DNA from: an uncultured Myxococcaceae bacterium
GTDB taxonomy: Bacteria; Myxococcota_A; Polyangia; Polyangiales; Ga0077539
NCBI GenBank assembly: GCA_964447205.1
Contig: CAYUSB010000004.1
Span: 51,799 to 115,798 of the forward strand
DNA: 64,000 nt
Direction: 5' to 3'
A model generated the notes under the pieces. The model was given only the letters and a program-made list of their open reading frames with translations. It was not told where the DNA came from and did no database searches. A program made the translations under genes and the position numbers. The first letter of the stretch is position 1; every line of letters starts with the position of its first letter. Positions 9,378-20,893 of this stretch are shown one piece after another.

Positions 9378-9609
9378 GGGGACACCTCTGAGGGCGGGGA
9401 GACCGCACACGCCGTGCCATACGACCGGCGCATCCGGGAGGATGACACTGTTTGCGCTCGAGACACCACAATCTCGGGCTCTGGGCGGGGGACAGGGGGC
9501 GACCAGGGGAGGGCCCGGGAGATGTAGGCCCCGGGCCCCTGGGGCTCGGGTGACCAGGGAGACCCGGGCCTGGGGCGGGGCACCTCTGACCACCCCGTCG
9601 GGACGCGAA

Positions 9610-11442
9610 TTACTCGTCGTCGGTCGCGGCGTGGAGCGAGGTCACCGTCAGCGGGAACGAGCACTGGGTGAGCCGGGCCGGAGCGGCGAACCGGGCCCCC
9701 GCGATGACGCCCTCCAGACAGCGCAGGACCCCGTCGGGGACCGGTCCTCGGGCTTCGACCTGGGCAGGGGCCGAGGGGTCGGCCCCGGAGGTGGGGGCGA
9801 GCTGCCATTGCAGGGTCAGGACGAGGAGGGGGGTGTTTCCGCCGGAGTACGCGGCGAGGCACTGCTCGAAGGCCGACACGCTCTGGCGCACCCGGAGGTT
9901 GACCGGCCCGATCAGTCGGGGGTCACCGACCACGGTCCCGAAGCCGATCCCGACGTGGTAGCGGCCCGTCTGGCCCTGGGGCAAGGCGGGGTTGTCCGGG
10001 GGCAGGGGGGTCATGGTGACCGTGGGCACCCCCGGGGGCGGAGCGGTGGGGGCGACCGGGACCTGGGGCTGCGGAGGGATCTGGGGGGGAGCGTGGGGAG
10101 GCGGTGGGGCCTGGGCGATCGGGGTCATCGAGGGACCGCTCCGGCGAGGCCCCGCGGGTTCGTCGTCGGTCCCGACCACGAGGTAGTACGCGAGGGTGAG
10201 GGACCCGAGGCTCAGGACCACGGCCGCCACGAGGCAGCCCACGAGCCAGCGGCTCCCACGGCGGGCCGGAACCGGCGCGGGGGGCGGAGCCAGGAAGGGG
10301 TACTGCGGGCCCGACGGGGCCGCGGGGCCGGGCCACGAGATGGCCGTCGGGGGGGTGATGGGGACGTACGGAAGCATCGGCCCCACGGGGGTCACGGGGG
10401 CGTGATGCGGGGCGGGCTGGGTGGGGGCGTGTTGGGGCCCCGGGGCCGTGGCGGGACCGAACCCGGGGGCGGGGCCGAGCCCGGTGGCGGGGAGGGGGCC
10501 CGGGAGGGTGCTCGGGTGGGCGAGGGAAGGGTCCCACGACGGGTGGGCCGCGGCCTGGGCCCGCAGGAGCGACACGAGGCCCTGGGTGGCGGCGTTGGCC
10601 TCGGCGAAGCGCTCGGCCGGGTCGCGTACGACGCAGCGGTGAAACCACCCCTCGAAGCCCTGCGGGAGCCGGGCGAAGACCCCCGACTCCTGGGCCCGGA
10701 CCGACACCGAGGGCAGGGGCTCGACCAGGATCTCCCGCAGGAGCTGCATCATGGCCCCCCCGTCCTGGAGGCGGGCCGAGCGCCAGTAGTACTCGCCTGT
10801 CAGGAGGTGGAAGGCCATCAGCCCGAGGGCCCACACGTCGGTGGCCGGGCTCACCCCGCCCGACTCGGTCTGCTCGGGGGCCATCCACAGGGGCGACCCC
10901 ATGGCCTGGGTGCTCGACACCCGGCACTCCTGCACGACCTTGGCGATGCCAAAGTCAAGGAGCTTGACCGTAAACGGGACGTCCCTCCGCCGGGCCACGG
11001 CGAGGAAGACGTTTTCAGGCTTGAGGTCGCGGTGCACGATGCGGGCGGCGTGGGCGGCCCCGAGGGCGTGGCCGAGCTGCTCGTAGACGGCGGCCACCTC
11101 GGCGGGGCTCATCGACCCGCGGCGCTCGATCACGGCCCCGAGGTCTTCGCCCTTGAGCAGCTCCATCGCGAGCCACGGGGTCCCGGAGTCGTCGTCGATC
11201 CCGGCCCCTACCACCTCGACGATGTGGTCGGAGTCGAGGGTGGCCCCGATGCGGGCTTCTTGTTCGAAGCGGGCCCGGCTCTTGGCGTCGGCCACGAGTT
11301 GGGCGTGCATCAGCTTGAGGGCCCGGGGTTTGCCCGTGCTGAGCTGCTCGGCCACATAGACGGCCCCCATCCCTCCTTCGGCCAGGGGCTTGACGATGCG
11401 GTAATCCCGCGCGAACACGACCCCGGGGGCTAGTTGTAGCAT
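9610..11442 (-). CDS. eukaryotic-like Ser/Thr protein kinase with TM segment and C-terminal extracytoplasmic domain
   Basis: Start ATG 11442-11440 (MLQLAPGVVFARDYRIVKPLAEGGMGAVYVAEQ...). Hanks subdomains present: GxGxxG, VAIK-like ALK, HRDLKPEN, DFG, APE. A Pro-rich linker leads into TM helix WLVGCLVAAVVLSLGSLTLAYYLVV and a C-terminal domain. Confidence 0.85.
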   Translation of the reverse strand: MLQLAPGVVFARDYRIVKPLAEGGMGAVYVAEQLSTGKPRALKLMHAQLVADAKSRARFEQEARIGATLDSDHIVEVVGAGIDDDSGTPWLAMELLKGEDLGAVIERRGSMSPAEVAAVYEQLGHALGAAHAARIVHRDLKPENVFLAVARRRDVPFTVKLLDFGIAKVVQECRVSSTQAMGSPLWMAPEQTESGGVSPATDVWALGLMAFHLLTGEYYWRSARLQDGGAMMQLLREILVEPLPSVSVRAQESGVFARLPQGFEGWFHRCVVRDPAERFAEANAATQGLVSLLRAQAAAHPSWDPSLAHPSTLPGPLPATGLGPAPGFGPATAPGPQHAPTQPAPHHAPVTPVGPMLPYVPITPPTAISWPGPAAPSGPQYPFLAPPPAPVPARRGSRWLVGCLVAAVVLSLGSLTLAYYLVVGTDDEPAGPRRSGPSMTPIAQAPPPPHAPPQIPPQPQVPVAPTAPPPGVPTVTMTPLPPDNPALPQGQTGRYHVGIGFGTVVGDPRLIGPVNLRVRQSVSAFEQCLAAYSGGNTPLLVLTLQWQLAPTSGADPSAPAQVEARGPVPDGVLRCLEGVIAGARFAAPARLTQCSFPLTVTSLHAATDDE

Positions 11443-11563
11443 CGGCTCCGACCGGGGCACACTATGCCCCGGGGGCCCCCTGCGCAACCTCCGCGGCGGA
11501 GGGGGTGTGCGCAGAATGGGGGCGTGCGGCCCGCCCTGGGGTGCCGTAGAGTGGAGGCCCAAG

Positions 11564-13042
11564 ATGACCAACACCCAGCACGAAGCACCCGATCCGCGCG
11601 CCTCGCTGCGCGCTCCCTTCGCTCCCGGAGGTCCGTACGAGATCGACCGGGAGCGGGCCCGCAAGCTCCTGGAGGTGGCCCTCGGGCGGGGGGGCGACGC
11701 GGCCGACCTGTTCGCGGAGTTTGCCGTCGGAGCCGCCCTGGTCTTGGAGGAGGGCATCGTGAAGTCGGCCAGCCGGGGGGTCTCCCTCGGGGTCGGGATC
11801 CGCGTCCAGCGCGACTACGCCGCGGGCTACGCCTACACCGAAGACCTCACCTGGGAGGCCCTCGTGCGCTGCGCCGAGACCGCCGCCCAGATCGCCCACG
11901 CCTCGGCCCGGGCCGTGGTCGAGGTCACCGCGAGGACCCACCCCGAGCGCTACCTCGTGGAGTCCCCGAGCATCCTCGCCTCGGGCCTGGCCAAACGCGA
12001 CCTCCTCCTCGGGGCCGACCAGGCCGCTCGGGCCGCCGATCCGCGCGTCCACCGGGTCGAGGCGTCGCTGTCGGAGTCGTACCGGGAGGTCCTCATCGCC
12101 ACCAGCGACGGCAAGTTTCTGCGCGACGTCCAGCCCATGCTGCGCTTCGGGGTGCGGGCCATCGCCGAGGTCGGCGACCGTCGCCAGGCGGGCTCCTCGG
12201 GAGGCGGGGGCCGCACCGGGATGGAGTACTTCGACCGCCCCGGCAAGGGGGCCGACGACCACGCCCGCGAGGCCGTCCGGGTGGCCCTGGCCATGCTCGA
12301 GGCCCGCGAGGCCCCCGCCGGCGAGATGGAGGTGGTCCTGGCCCCGGGCGACAGCGGGATCCTCCTGCACGAGGCCGTGGGCCACGGCCTGGAGGCCGAC
12401 TTCAACCGCAAGGGGGTGAGCAACTACTCGGGCCGCGTGGGGTCGCCCGTGGCGAGCCCGCTCTGCACGGTGGTCGACCGGTCCGACCTCGACCACGAGC
12501 GAGGTTCGATCAACGTCGACGACGAGGGCAACACGGGCACCTCCACCACCCTCATCGAGGGGGGGATCCTGCGGGGGTACCTCCACGACACCTTCTCGGC
12601 CCGGCACTTCTCCCTCGGCCCCACGGGCAACGGACGCCGCGAGAGCTTCCGGTCGACCCCGCTGCCCCGGATGACCAACACCCTGCTCCTCAACGGCCCG
12701 CACAAGCCCGAGGAGATCGTGCGCTCGGTCAAGCGGGGCCTGTACGCCACCCGCTTCGGGGGGGGCCAGGTCGACATCGCCTCGGGCGATTTCGTCTTCT
12801 CCCTGAGCGAGGCCTACCTCATCGAGGACGGCAAGCTCACGACCCCCGTCAAGGACGTCAACCTCATCGGCAACGGCCCCGACGCCCTCGGCAAGGTGGT
12901 CATGCTCGGCGACGACATGGCCGTGAGCGACGGGATCTGGACCTGCGGCAAGGACGGCCAGAGCGTCCCGGTGGGGGTGGGGTGCCCGACCATCAAGATC
13001 TCGGCGATGACCGTAGGCGGCACCGCCGTACAGAAGGGCTGA
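11564..13042 (+). CDS. tldD: metalloprotease TldD (peptidase U62)
   Basis: ATG at 11564 (MTNTQHEAPD...) with GGAGG 8 nt upstream. Conserved TldD blocks HEAVGHGLEAD and ...GNGRRESF.... Confidence 0.9.
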   Translation: MTNTQHEAPDPRASLRAPFAPGGPYEIDRERARKLLEVALGRGGDAADLFAEFAVGAALVLEEGIVKSASRGVSLGVGIRVQRDYAAGYAYTEDLTWEALVRCAETAAQIAHASARAVVEVTARTHPERYLVESPSILASGLAKRDLLLGADQAARAADPRVHRVEASLSESYREVLIATSDGKFLRDVQPMLRFGVRAIAEVGDRRQAGSSGGGGRTGMEYFDRPGKGADDHAREAVRVALAMLEAREAPAGEMEVVLAPGDSGILLHEAVGHGLEADFNRKGVSNYSGRVGSPVASPLCTVVDRSDLDHERGSINVDDEGNTGTSTTLIEGGILRGYLHDTFSARHFSLGPTGNGRRESFRSTPLPRMTNTLLLNGPHKPEEIVRSVKRGLYATRFGGGQVDIASGDFVFSLSEAYLIEDGKLTTPVKDVNLIGNGPDALGKVVMLGDDMAVSDGIWTCGKDGQSVPVGVGCPTIKISAMTVGGTAVQKG

Positions 13043-13049
13043 CAGCGCG

Positions 13050-14399
13050 ATGGACCAGGACAGGCTTCAACAGATTTGTGACGACGTCCTCGGGCGCCTG
13101 CAGCGGGGCGGGGCGAGCGACGCCAAGGTCGTAGCCCGGGCTGGGCGCGACCTGTCGGTGCGGGTGCGTCTCAGCGAGGTCGAGCTCGTCGAGGAGGCGG
13201 CCACCCAATCGCTGGCGGTGCGGTGCTTCAAGGGCCAGCGGGTGGCCATGGCGAGCACGAGCGACCTCACCGCCGCGGGCCTCTCCCGGCTGGTCTCCGA
13301 CGCCCTCGAGCTCGCCGACCTGTCGCAAGACGACCCCTCCGCGGGATTGCCCGACCCGTCCGAGCTCACCCACACCTGGCCCGACCTCGGGCTCTACGAC
13401 CCGACCTGCGGCGACATCTCGGCCGCCGAGGCCGTGGTCCGGGCCCGGCGCTGCGAGGAGGCCTCGCGGGCCTTCGACCCCCGCATCACCAACTCCGAGG
13501 GCGGGGCCTTCGGGCGCACCGCCGGGGGCTTCGTGATGGCCACCTCGGGGGGCTTCCGCGGGGGCTACCAGGGCAGCTACGCCAGCGTCAGCGCCTCGCC
13601 CGTGGCCGCCGACGAGGGCGGCAAAAACCGCACGGCCAGCTACTGGTCGGCCCGGCGGTTTCTGTCGAAGCTCGAGTCCGAAGAGGCCGTCGGGCGCGAG
13701 GCCGGGCGGCGCACCGTGGCCCTCCTCGGGGCCCGCAAGGTTCCCACCCAGGAGGCCCCGGTGGTGTTCGACCCCGACGCGGCCCGGGCCCTCCTCGGGG
13801 CCTTCGCAGGCTGCATCACGGGCGACGCCGTGTACCGCCGGTCGAGCTACCTCCTCGACAAGATGGGCGAGTCGGTGGCCAGCGACCTCGTGTACATCAT
13901 CGACGACCCGCTCATCCCCGGGGCCCCGGGCTCGCGGCCCTTCGACGGCGACGGCCTCGCCACCCGGCGCAACGTGGTGGTGGAGGGAGGGGTCCTCAAG
14001 ACCTGGCTCCTCGACACGTACGGGGCCCGCAAGCTGGGGCTCCGCTCGACGGGCAACGCCGCGGGGGCCACGGGCACCGGGGCGGGGGTCAGCAATTTCT
14101 TCCTGGCCCCCGGGACCCAGACGCCCGCGGAGATCCTGCAGAGCACCCGGAAGGGGCTCTACGTGACGGGGATGATGGGGTTCGGGTTCAACGCCGTGAC
14201 GGGGGACTTCTCCCGCGGGGCCACCGGGTACTGGATCGAAGACGGGGCCCTGGCCTTCCCCGTGGCCGAGGTCACCATCAGCTTGAACTTCAAGGACTTG
14301 TTTGCTTCCATCGACGCGGTGGGCGACGACCTTGATATGAAGTCCTCGGTGGCCTCCCCGACAATTCGGGTGGCCCGGATGACCATCGCCGGCAGTTAA
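13050..14399 (+). CDS. pmbA: metalloprotease PmbA/TldE (peptidase U62)
   Basis: 449 aa. PmbA-type domain order, with a C-terminal ...GNAAGATGTGAGVSNFFLAPG... block. Directly follows tldD, as in the canonical TldD/TldE pair. Confidence 0.9.
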   Translation: MDQDRLQQICDDVLGRLQRGGASDAKVVARAGRDLSVRVRLSEVELVEEAATQSLAVRCFKGQRVAMASTSDLTAAGLSRLVSDALELADLSQDDPSAGLPDPSELTHTWPDLGLYDPTCGDISAAEAVVRARRCEEASRAFDPRITNSEGGAFGRTAGGFVMATSGGFRGGYQGSYASVSASPVAADEGGKNRTASYWSARRFLSKLESEEAVGREAGRRTVALLGARKVPTQEAPVVFDPDAARALLGAFAGCITGDAVYRRSSYLLDKMGESVASDLVYIIDDPLIPGAPGSRPFDGDGLATRRNVVVEGGVLKTWLLDTYGARKLGLRSTGNAAGATGTGAGVSNFFLAPGTQTPAEILQSTRKGLYVTGMMGFGFNAVTGDFSRGATGYWIEDGALAFPVAEVTISLNFKDLFASIDAVGDDLDMKSSVASPTIRVARMTIAGS

Positions 14400-14417
14400 G
14401 GCATACGAAGACCTCCC

Positions 14418-15824
14418 ATGGGCCTCTCCCTCGACACCGCGGTGGCGCGTTTCCCTGAGCTTGGCGGCTCCGCCCAGGACGTGTTCGCCCTCGTGGAGGT
14501 GGCCGGGTTGGTCTCCTCGCGGCAGACCTCTCCCGGATACGCCCCGGGTCCCGCCCGCCCGCCGTTGTGTCTGGCCCTCTGCATCGACGCCTCGAGCTCA
14601 ATGCGGGGGCCGCGGTTTGCCCTGGCCCTCCAGGCCGCCCGCAACGTCGTGCACTCCCTCGGCCCCGACGACCGCTTCGCCGTGGTCACCTTCGACCGCA
14701 GCGCCCGGGTGGTCCTGCCCCCGACCACCCTCGATCCCGACGGGGTTCACGCGGCCTCCCGGGCCCTCGACCGACTCACCACGGGCATCGGGACCAACCT
14801 CGGGGCGGGCTGGCGCGAGGCGGCCGAAGGGCTCCTGCGGACCATGGTCCCGGGGGCGGTCCGGCGGGTCCTGCTCCTGACCGACGGGTACCCCTCGCGG
14901 GGCGAGACCCAACCCGAGGCCCTGCGGGCGATGGTGGCCGACGGGGCCGCTCGGGGCGTCGAGACCAGCCTCCTGGGTCTCGGAGACGGCATCGACGAGG
15001 GCCTCTGCACCACCCTGGCCCGCGCAGGGGAGGGACGGTTTCATTACCTCCGCGACGAGGCGGGTCTGGGCGACCTCGTGGCCGCCGAGGTCGAAGGGGC
15101 CCGGAGCCTCATCGCCCGCGATGTGGTGTTGAGCCTCGGGCTCGCGGCCCGGGTCGATCGGGCCGAGATCCTCCACCGGTTTCCCTGCCAGGCCGACGGG
15201 GACGGGGGCCGGACCCTGCGGGTGCGGGTCGGGTCTCTCACCCGCGACACCCCGCGGTCGATGCTCGTGCAGCTCCATGTGCGCGACGTGGCCACCGACA
15301 CCGTGCTCGGCACGGCCCAGGCCCAGGGCCTCGGGGTGCTCCCTGGCGTTGGGCGTACGACCCCCGCGGCCACGACCCGTCCCGGGTTCGCCCTGGGCGA
15401 CGCCCAGGAGCTCGGGCCCGGCGACCTGGTGATGGTGTCGCCTCCGGTGCACCTCACCCTCTCGGGCGACGGGGCCGACGGAGCCCGGGCCCGGGTGGCC
15501 TACGAGCTCCTGGCGTTGCGTACGGCGGCGGAGATCCGTTCGGCCTGGGACGCCCTCGACGGGGGCGACCGCGAGGCCATGCAGCGGCGCCTCGACCGGG
15601 CCCGCAAGCTGCGGAGGATCCTGGTCGAGCGGGGGCTGGTGAGCCCCGTCCGGCTCGAGGCCTTGCCCGACATCGAGGCCGTGCACCGGGCCATGACAGC
15701 CACCGAGGCCCAGTCCCGCGAGGCCCGGAGGCGCTTCGCGTCGTGGGCCCACAACACCCAGTCGAGCTTCGCCCCGGCGATGCGCACCGACGGCCTGAGC
15801 CCCATCAAGCCGTCGCGGGAGTAA
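14418..15824 (+). CDS. von Willebrand factor type A (VWA) domain protein
   Basis: MIDAS motif LCIDASSSMRG (DxSxS) with downstream T and D residues (…LLTDGYPS…). C-terminal helical region. Confidence 0.75.
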   Translation: MGLSLDTAVARFPELGGSAQDVFALVEVAGLVSSRQTSPGYAPGPARPPLCLALCIDASSSMRGPRFALALQAARNVVHSLGPDDRFAVVTFDRSARVVLPPTTLDPDGVHAASRALDRLTTGIGTNLGAGWREAAEGLLRTMVPGAVRRVLLLTDGYPSRGETQPEALRAMVADGAARGVETSLLGLGDGIDEGLCTTLARAGEGRFHYLRDEAGLGDLVAAEVEGARSLIARDVVLSLGLAARVDRAEILHRFPCQADGDGGRTLRVRVGSLTRDTPRSMLVQLHVRDVATDTVLGTAQAQGLGVLPGVGRTTPAATTRPGFALGDAQELGPGDLVMVSPPVHLTLSGDGADGARARVAYELLALRTAAEIRSAWDALDGGDREAMQRRLDRARKLRRILVERGLVSPVRLEALPDIEAVHRAMTATEAQSREARRRFASWAHNTQSSFAPAMRTDGLSPIKPSRE

Positions 15825-15845
15825 CGCAGACCGTACGCGGGGGGC

Positions 15846-16481
15846 TCAGGCCCGCAAGAGGGCGAAGGCGTGGACCCACTGGTTCTTCGTGAACCCGCGG
15901 GCGCACCAGAGCTGGCACAGGGGCTCGATGGCCCGGGCTCCGGCGGCGGGGCCGACGTCTTCGACGTCCCAGCCAAACTGGGCGAGGATGCCCCGCGCGG
16001 TCTCCTTCGCGGCAGGGTCGTCGCCGCAGATGAACATGGTCGGGGTACCTCCCGGGAGGGAGGGATTGACCATGAGGTGGGCCCCGACGCACGAGAAGGC
16101 CTTGACGAAGCGGGTCGCGGGGGCCTTGGCCTGGAGGCGCTCCATCAGGGAGTCGTTGGGCCCGGTGAAGAAGGGCAGGATGCCCTGCACGGGGGGCCCG
16201 GCGATGGGGTTGGTGGCGTCGATCACGACCTTGCCCGCGAGCTTGTCGCCGAGGGAGGCCACGAGGTTTTCCGACACGCTGCCGGTGACGGCGAGGACCA
16301 CCACCTCGGCCTCGGCGATGGCCCCGGCGAAGGGGGCCTCGGGGATGCCGTGTTCGGCCGACCACGCGGCGAGTTTGGTCCCCTCCCGGCTGCCGATGGT
16401 CACCGCGTGTCCGTGCTTCTTGAACCCAAGGGCGAGGGTCTTGCCCACGTCGCCCGTCCCGATCACACCCACTGTGGTCAT
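15846..16481 (-). CDS. NADP-dependent oxidoreductase, F420-dependent NADP reductase (NpdG)-like Rossmann protein
   Basis: Start ATG 16481-16479 (MTTVGVIGTGDVGKTLALGF... GxGxxG). ~212 aa. F420_oxidored/NADP_oxidoreductase-like. Confidence 0.7.
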   Translation of the reverse strand: MTTVGVIGTGDVGKTLALGFKKHGHAVTIGSREGTKLAAWSAEHGIPEAPFAGAIAEAEVVVLAVTGSVSENLVASLGDKLAGKVVIDATNPIAGPPVQGILPFFTGPNDSLMERLQAKAPATRFVKAFSCVGAHLMVNPSLPGGTPTMFICGDDPAAKETARGILAQFGWDVEDVGPAAGARAIEPLCQLWCARGFTKNQWVHAFALLRA

Positions 16482-16556
16482 ACGCGTCGCTCCCTGTCGT
16501 GCCGTGGCTCCGCGGCGCACGCTGCGTCGCGAGAGACCCACCGAGGCGCCGGGACG

Positions 16557-18167
16557 CTACACCGTGTCGGGCACCACGGAAAGCCTCGGGGCGGCCTTGG
16601 CGTCGGGGGAGGGAGGCTCGGCGGCGGCCGTCAAGTGAAACTGAACCCGCGCGGCCCGCTGCACGATGCGCTCCATCCACGCGACGGTCTCGAGCTCGGC
16701 CCCGGCCCGCTCGGGGCTCTCCTCGCCGCGGGCCGTGGCCGCCAGGATTGAGATGCGCAGGGTCTTGCGCCGCTCGACCATGGACTCCGCGGCGGCGTCG
16801 AGGGGCGGGGGGGCGGTCTCGGCCTGGGCCGCGATCCAGTCGGCAGACTCCTCGAGGCGGTCGGCGAGGAGGCGGGCCGTGGGGCGCAGGGTGTCCGAGG
16901 CCGCGACCACCCCGGCGTGGTGGGCGGGCTCGAGGGCCTCGACGAGGGCCCGGAGGTGGTCGAGGACGTGCAGGGCCGAGACGTGGGCGGCGTAGGTCCG
17001 GGGCGAGGCCGGGTCGGAGCGCAGGGTGGTGAGGTAGGCCCGGGTAAACTCCAGGGCCCCGTGGAGGTCTTCGAGGGAGTGGTCAAGCAGCTTGCCCTCC
17101 CCCCGGAGCCGGCAGGCCAGGGCGCGAAACGTCGCGGCCGCGATCGAGCGGGCTGTCTGTTGGGTGGCCTCGACGGCCACGGCGGGCACGGCGGTCTGGG
17201 CCCGGGACAGGCCGCCGAGGAGGGTGTGTCCCCGGGCGGGGAAGACCCGCTCCAGGAGGGCCCCGAGAGGGGCCGCCAGGGGGAGAAAGACCAGCACCCC
17301 GAGGGCGTTGAAGAGGGAGTGAAACCCGCTCACGGCCAGGGCCGGGTCGTCGCGCCCGAACACGCGCAGGACGACCGAGACGAAGACCGGGAAGAGGGCG
17401 AGAGCCAGGACCCCGGTGCCGATGTTGAACACGGCGTGGGCCGCGGCGATACGACGGGCGGCGACGGTGCCCCCCACGGCCCCGAGCAGGGCGGTGACGG
17501 TGGTCCCGACGTTTTGCCCGATGACCATGGCCGCGGCGTGCTCGATGGTGAGGGTCCCTCCGTGGACGGCGGCCAGGGAGGTGGCCACGGCGGCGCTCGA
17601 CGACTGCATCACCACGGTCATCACGAGGCCGACCCCCACCAGGGCGAGGCGGGCGACGAAGCCGTCCCCGGCGAAGCGGGCGAGGTCGATCCGGGTCCCG
17701 AGGGTGGCCATGCCCGCCTGCAGGGTGTCGAGGCCGACGAAGATCAGCCCGAAGCCCGCCAGGGCCATGGAGATGGAGGCTCCCCGCCCGCGCAGGAGGA
17801 GCTTGCCGAAGGCCCCGACCCCGAGGAGGGGCAGGGCCACCACGGACATGCGCACCTTGAGCCCGAGCCCGGCGACGATCCAGGCCGTGGCGGTGGTGCC
17901 CACGTTGGCCCCGCAGATGACCCCGAAGGCCCCGGTGAAGGTCAGCAGACCCGCCCCGACGAAGCCGATGGTGGCCACGGTGACGGCGCTCGACGACTGG
18001 ACCACGGCGGTGACGAAGGCCCCTGTGGCGAGGGCCGCGAGGCGGTTGCGGGTGTACCGCCGGAGCATCGTGCGGAGGGCGTCCCCGGCGGCGGTCTGGA
18101 GCCCGTCCGTGAGCAGGCTCATCCCCAGGAGGAACATCCCGATTCCGCCCGCGATCGCTGGAAACAT
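16557..18167 (-). CDS. Na+/phosphate symporter (NptA/YjbB family) with PhoU-like C-terminal domain
   Basis: 536 aa. Duplicated Na_Pi_cotrans membrane repeats (…QSSSAVTVATIGFVGAG… and …QSSSAAVATSLAAV…), then a soluble helical C-terminus. Confidence 0.8.
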   Translation of the reverse strand: MFPAIAGGIGMFLLGMSLLTDGLQTAAGDALRTMLRRYTRNRLAALATGAFVTAVVQSSSAVTVATIGFVGAGLLTFTGAFGVICGANVGTTATAWIVAGLGLKVRMSVVALPLLGVGAFGKLLLRGRGASISMALAGFGLIFVGLDTLQAGMATLGTRIDLARFAGDGFVARLALVGVGLVMTVVMQSSSAAVATSLAAVHGGTLTIEHAAAMVIGQNVGTTVTALLGAVGGTVAARRIAAAHAVFNIGTGVLALALFPVFVSVVLRVFGRDDPALAVSGFHSLFNALGVLVFLPLAAPLGALLERVFPARGHTLLGGLSRAQTAVPAVAVEATQQTARSIAAATFRALACRLRGEGKLLDHSLEDLHGALEFTRAYLTTLRSDPASPRTYAAHVSALHVLDHLRALVEALEPAHHAGVVAASDTLRPTARLLADRLEESADWIAAQAETAPPPLDAAAESMVERRKTLRISILAATARGEESPERAGAELETVAWMERIVQRAARVQFHLTAAAEPPSPDAKAAPRLSVVPDTV

Positions 18168-18346
18168 CGTGTGAGGGACTCCCGCGTGACAGGGGGGTGC
18201 AGGGACCCAGTGTGCCCGCGGGTCGGGGTCGAGGGCAACGGCCGAGGGAGCCCGATGGGGTCCGAGGGCCCGTGGCCGGAGCTCCCCGGGGCGGGAGGGG
18301 GCCTCGGCGGGGGGGGCGACGACAAGGCCCGGAGGCTGTGCTATAG

Positions 18347-19453
<1,107 letters not shown>

Positions 19454-19457
19454 TCGG

Positions 19458-20345
19458 GTGAACCCCTGGAAGCGACATTGGGACGCCCTGGTCTGCGTGA
19501 TCCTTCTGGCGATTCCGTTTGTATTTCTGCGCACGAGCACCCGCGACCCGACCCGCTACGACGAGCTCGACCGGGTGATGGCCCGGGTCATCGCGAAGGT
19601 CGAGTGGGTGGTGGCCCCAGTGGCCATGGGGGCCGCCGACCTGTGGTCGGACTACCTCTACCTCGTGCACGTCAAACGCGACAACGAGCGCCTCATCGCG
19701 GAGAACGCCCGCCTGCGCGCCGAGGCCGCTCGGCACCGGGCCGAGTTTGACGAAAACCGCCGGCTGCGTCGGCTCTTGCAGCTACGCACCGAGGTCCCCG
19801 GCGAGGTCTTCGCGGCCCAGGTGGTCATCAAGGACGTGTCGCCCTTCTTCCGGGTGACCCGCCTCGCGGTGATGGCCGAAGACCGCTCGCGGATCCGCCC
19901 GGGGATGCCCGTCCTGACCGACGAGGGATTGGTCGGGCAGGTGTCGCGGACCTTCGGGGAGTTCGCCGACGTTCTCTTGTCGGTCGACTCGCGGATGGCC
20001 ATCGACGTGATGGTCGAGCGCTCCGGGGCCCGGGGCATCGTACGCGGGACGGGCGAACGCGACCGCTACGCGGCCCGGGTGGAGTACCTCCAGCGCACCG
20101 ACGACGTCCGGGTGGGCGACGCCGTGGTGACCTCGGGCCTGGGGTGCCGTTACCCCGCGGGGGTCCTGGTGGGCCGGGTGGCCTCGGTGACCCGCCGCGA
20201 GTTTGGGATCTACCAGGAGGTCGAGGTGGCCCCGGCGGTCAATTTCTCGCGCCTGTCGGAGGTCTTGGTTCTGGCCACGGCCTCGCCCGACCGGCCCGGG
20301 TGCCGCGGGGGGGCCTCGCCCGTGCGGGTCCGGGGGCGGACGTAG
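19458..20345 (+). CDS. mreC: rod shape-determining protein MreC
   Basis: GTG at 19458, 4 nt after the mreB stop. N-terminal TM (ALVCVILLAIPFVFL), a coiled-coil, and C-terminal beta domains. Positioned between mreB and mreD. Confidence 0.85.
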   Translation: MNPWKRHWDALVCVILLAIPFVFLRTSTRDPTRYDELDRVMARVIAKVEWVVAPVAMGAADLWSDYLYLVHVKRDNERLIAENARLRAEAARHRAEFDENRRLRRLLQLRTEVPGEVFAAQVVIKDVSPFFRVTRLAVMAEDRSRIRPGMPVLTDEGLVGQVSRTFGEFADVLLSVDSRMAIDVMVERSGARGIVRGTGERDRYAARVEYLQRTDDVRVGDAVVTSGLGCRYPAGVLVGRVASVTRREFGIYQEVEVAPAVNFSRLSEVLVLATASPDRPGCRGGASPVRVRGRT

Positions 20346-20348
20346 CCG

Positions 20349-20858
20349 ATGCGCAACGTGATCCTGCTGGCCGTGGGCTTCGGGCTTTTGCTCTTGCAGG
20401 GGGTGATCGCCCGGGTGGTCCCGAGCGAGTACGTGGTCCCGTCGCTGGTGATGCCCATGGTCTTGACCATGAGCGTGGGGGAGTTCTCCCTCGTGCGGGG
20501 GATGAGCCTGAGTTTTGTCCTGGGGTACCTCACCGACGTAGGGGCCGGGGGCTCGATGGGCCTGTGGACCTTCACCCTGATGTCGATGTTTCTCCTGGCC
20601 CGGGTGGCGGGGCTCAAGCTCTTCCTGCACGGGGTGGTCTTCCAGATGCTCCTGAGTTTTCTCGCGATGGTGGCCGCGGGGCTGGAGATGATGGCCCTGG
20701 TCCTGGTGTTCGACCGGCGGCCCCTGGCCATGGGGTCGGCCCTGGGGGTGGTTCTGGCGCAAGGGGTGGCCACGGCGGTGTGCGCCCCGTGGGTGTTCGC
20801 CCTCGTGCGGGGGTTGCCCGGGGTGAGCACCCCGCGCCCGGACGAGGCCGCGGCGTGA
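20349..20858 (+). CDS. mreD: rod shape-determining protein MreD
   Basis: 169 aa polytopic membrane protein immediately after mreC. Confidence 0.75.
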   Translation: MRNVILLAVGFGLLLLQGVIARVVPSEYVVPSLVMPMVLTMSVGEFSLVRGMSLSFVLGYLTDVGAGGSMGLWTFTLMSMFLLARVAGLKLFLHGVVFQMLLSFLAMVAAGLEMMALVLVFDRRPLAMGSALGVVLAQGVATAVCAPWVFALVRGLPGVSTPRPDEAAA

Positions 20859-20893
20859 CCGGGCTCCGAGGATAGAGAGGGGACCGCGGGCCG

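Noticed and set aside
9157-11433. 758-aa plus-strand ORF
   Set aside because: It is entirely antisense to the well-supported Ser/Thr kinase gene (9610-11442 -). Its composition is Gly/Arg/Pro-rich, typical of reverse-frame artefacts in high-GC DNA.
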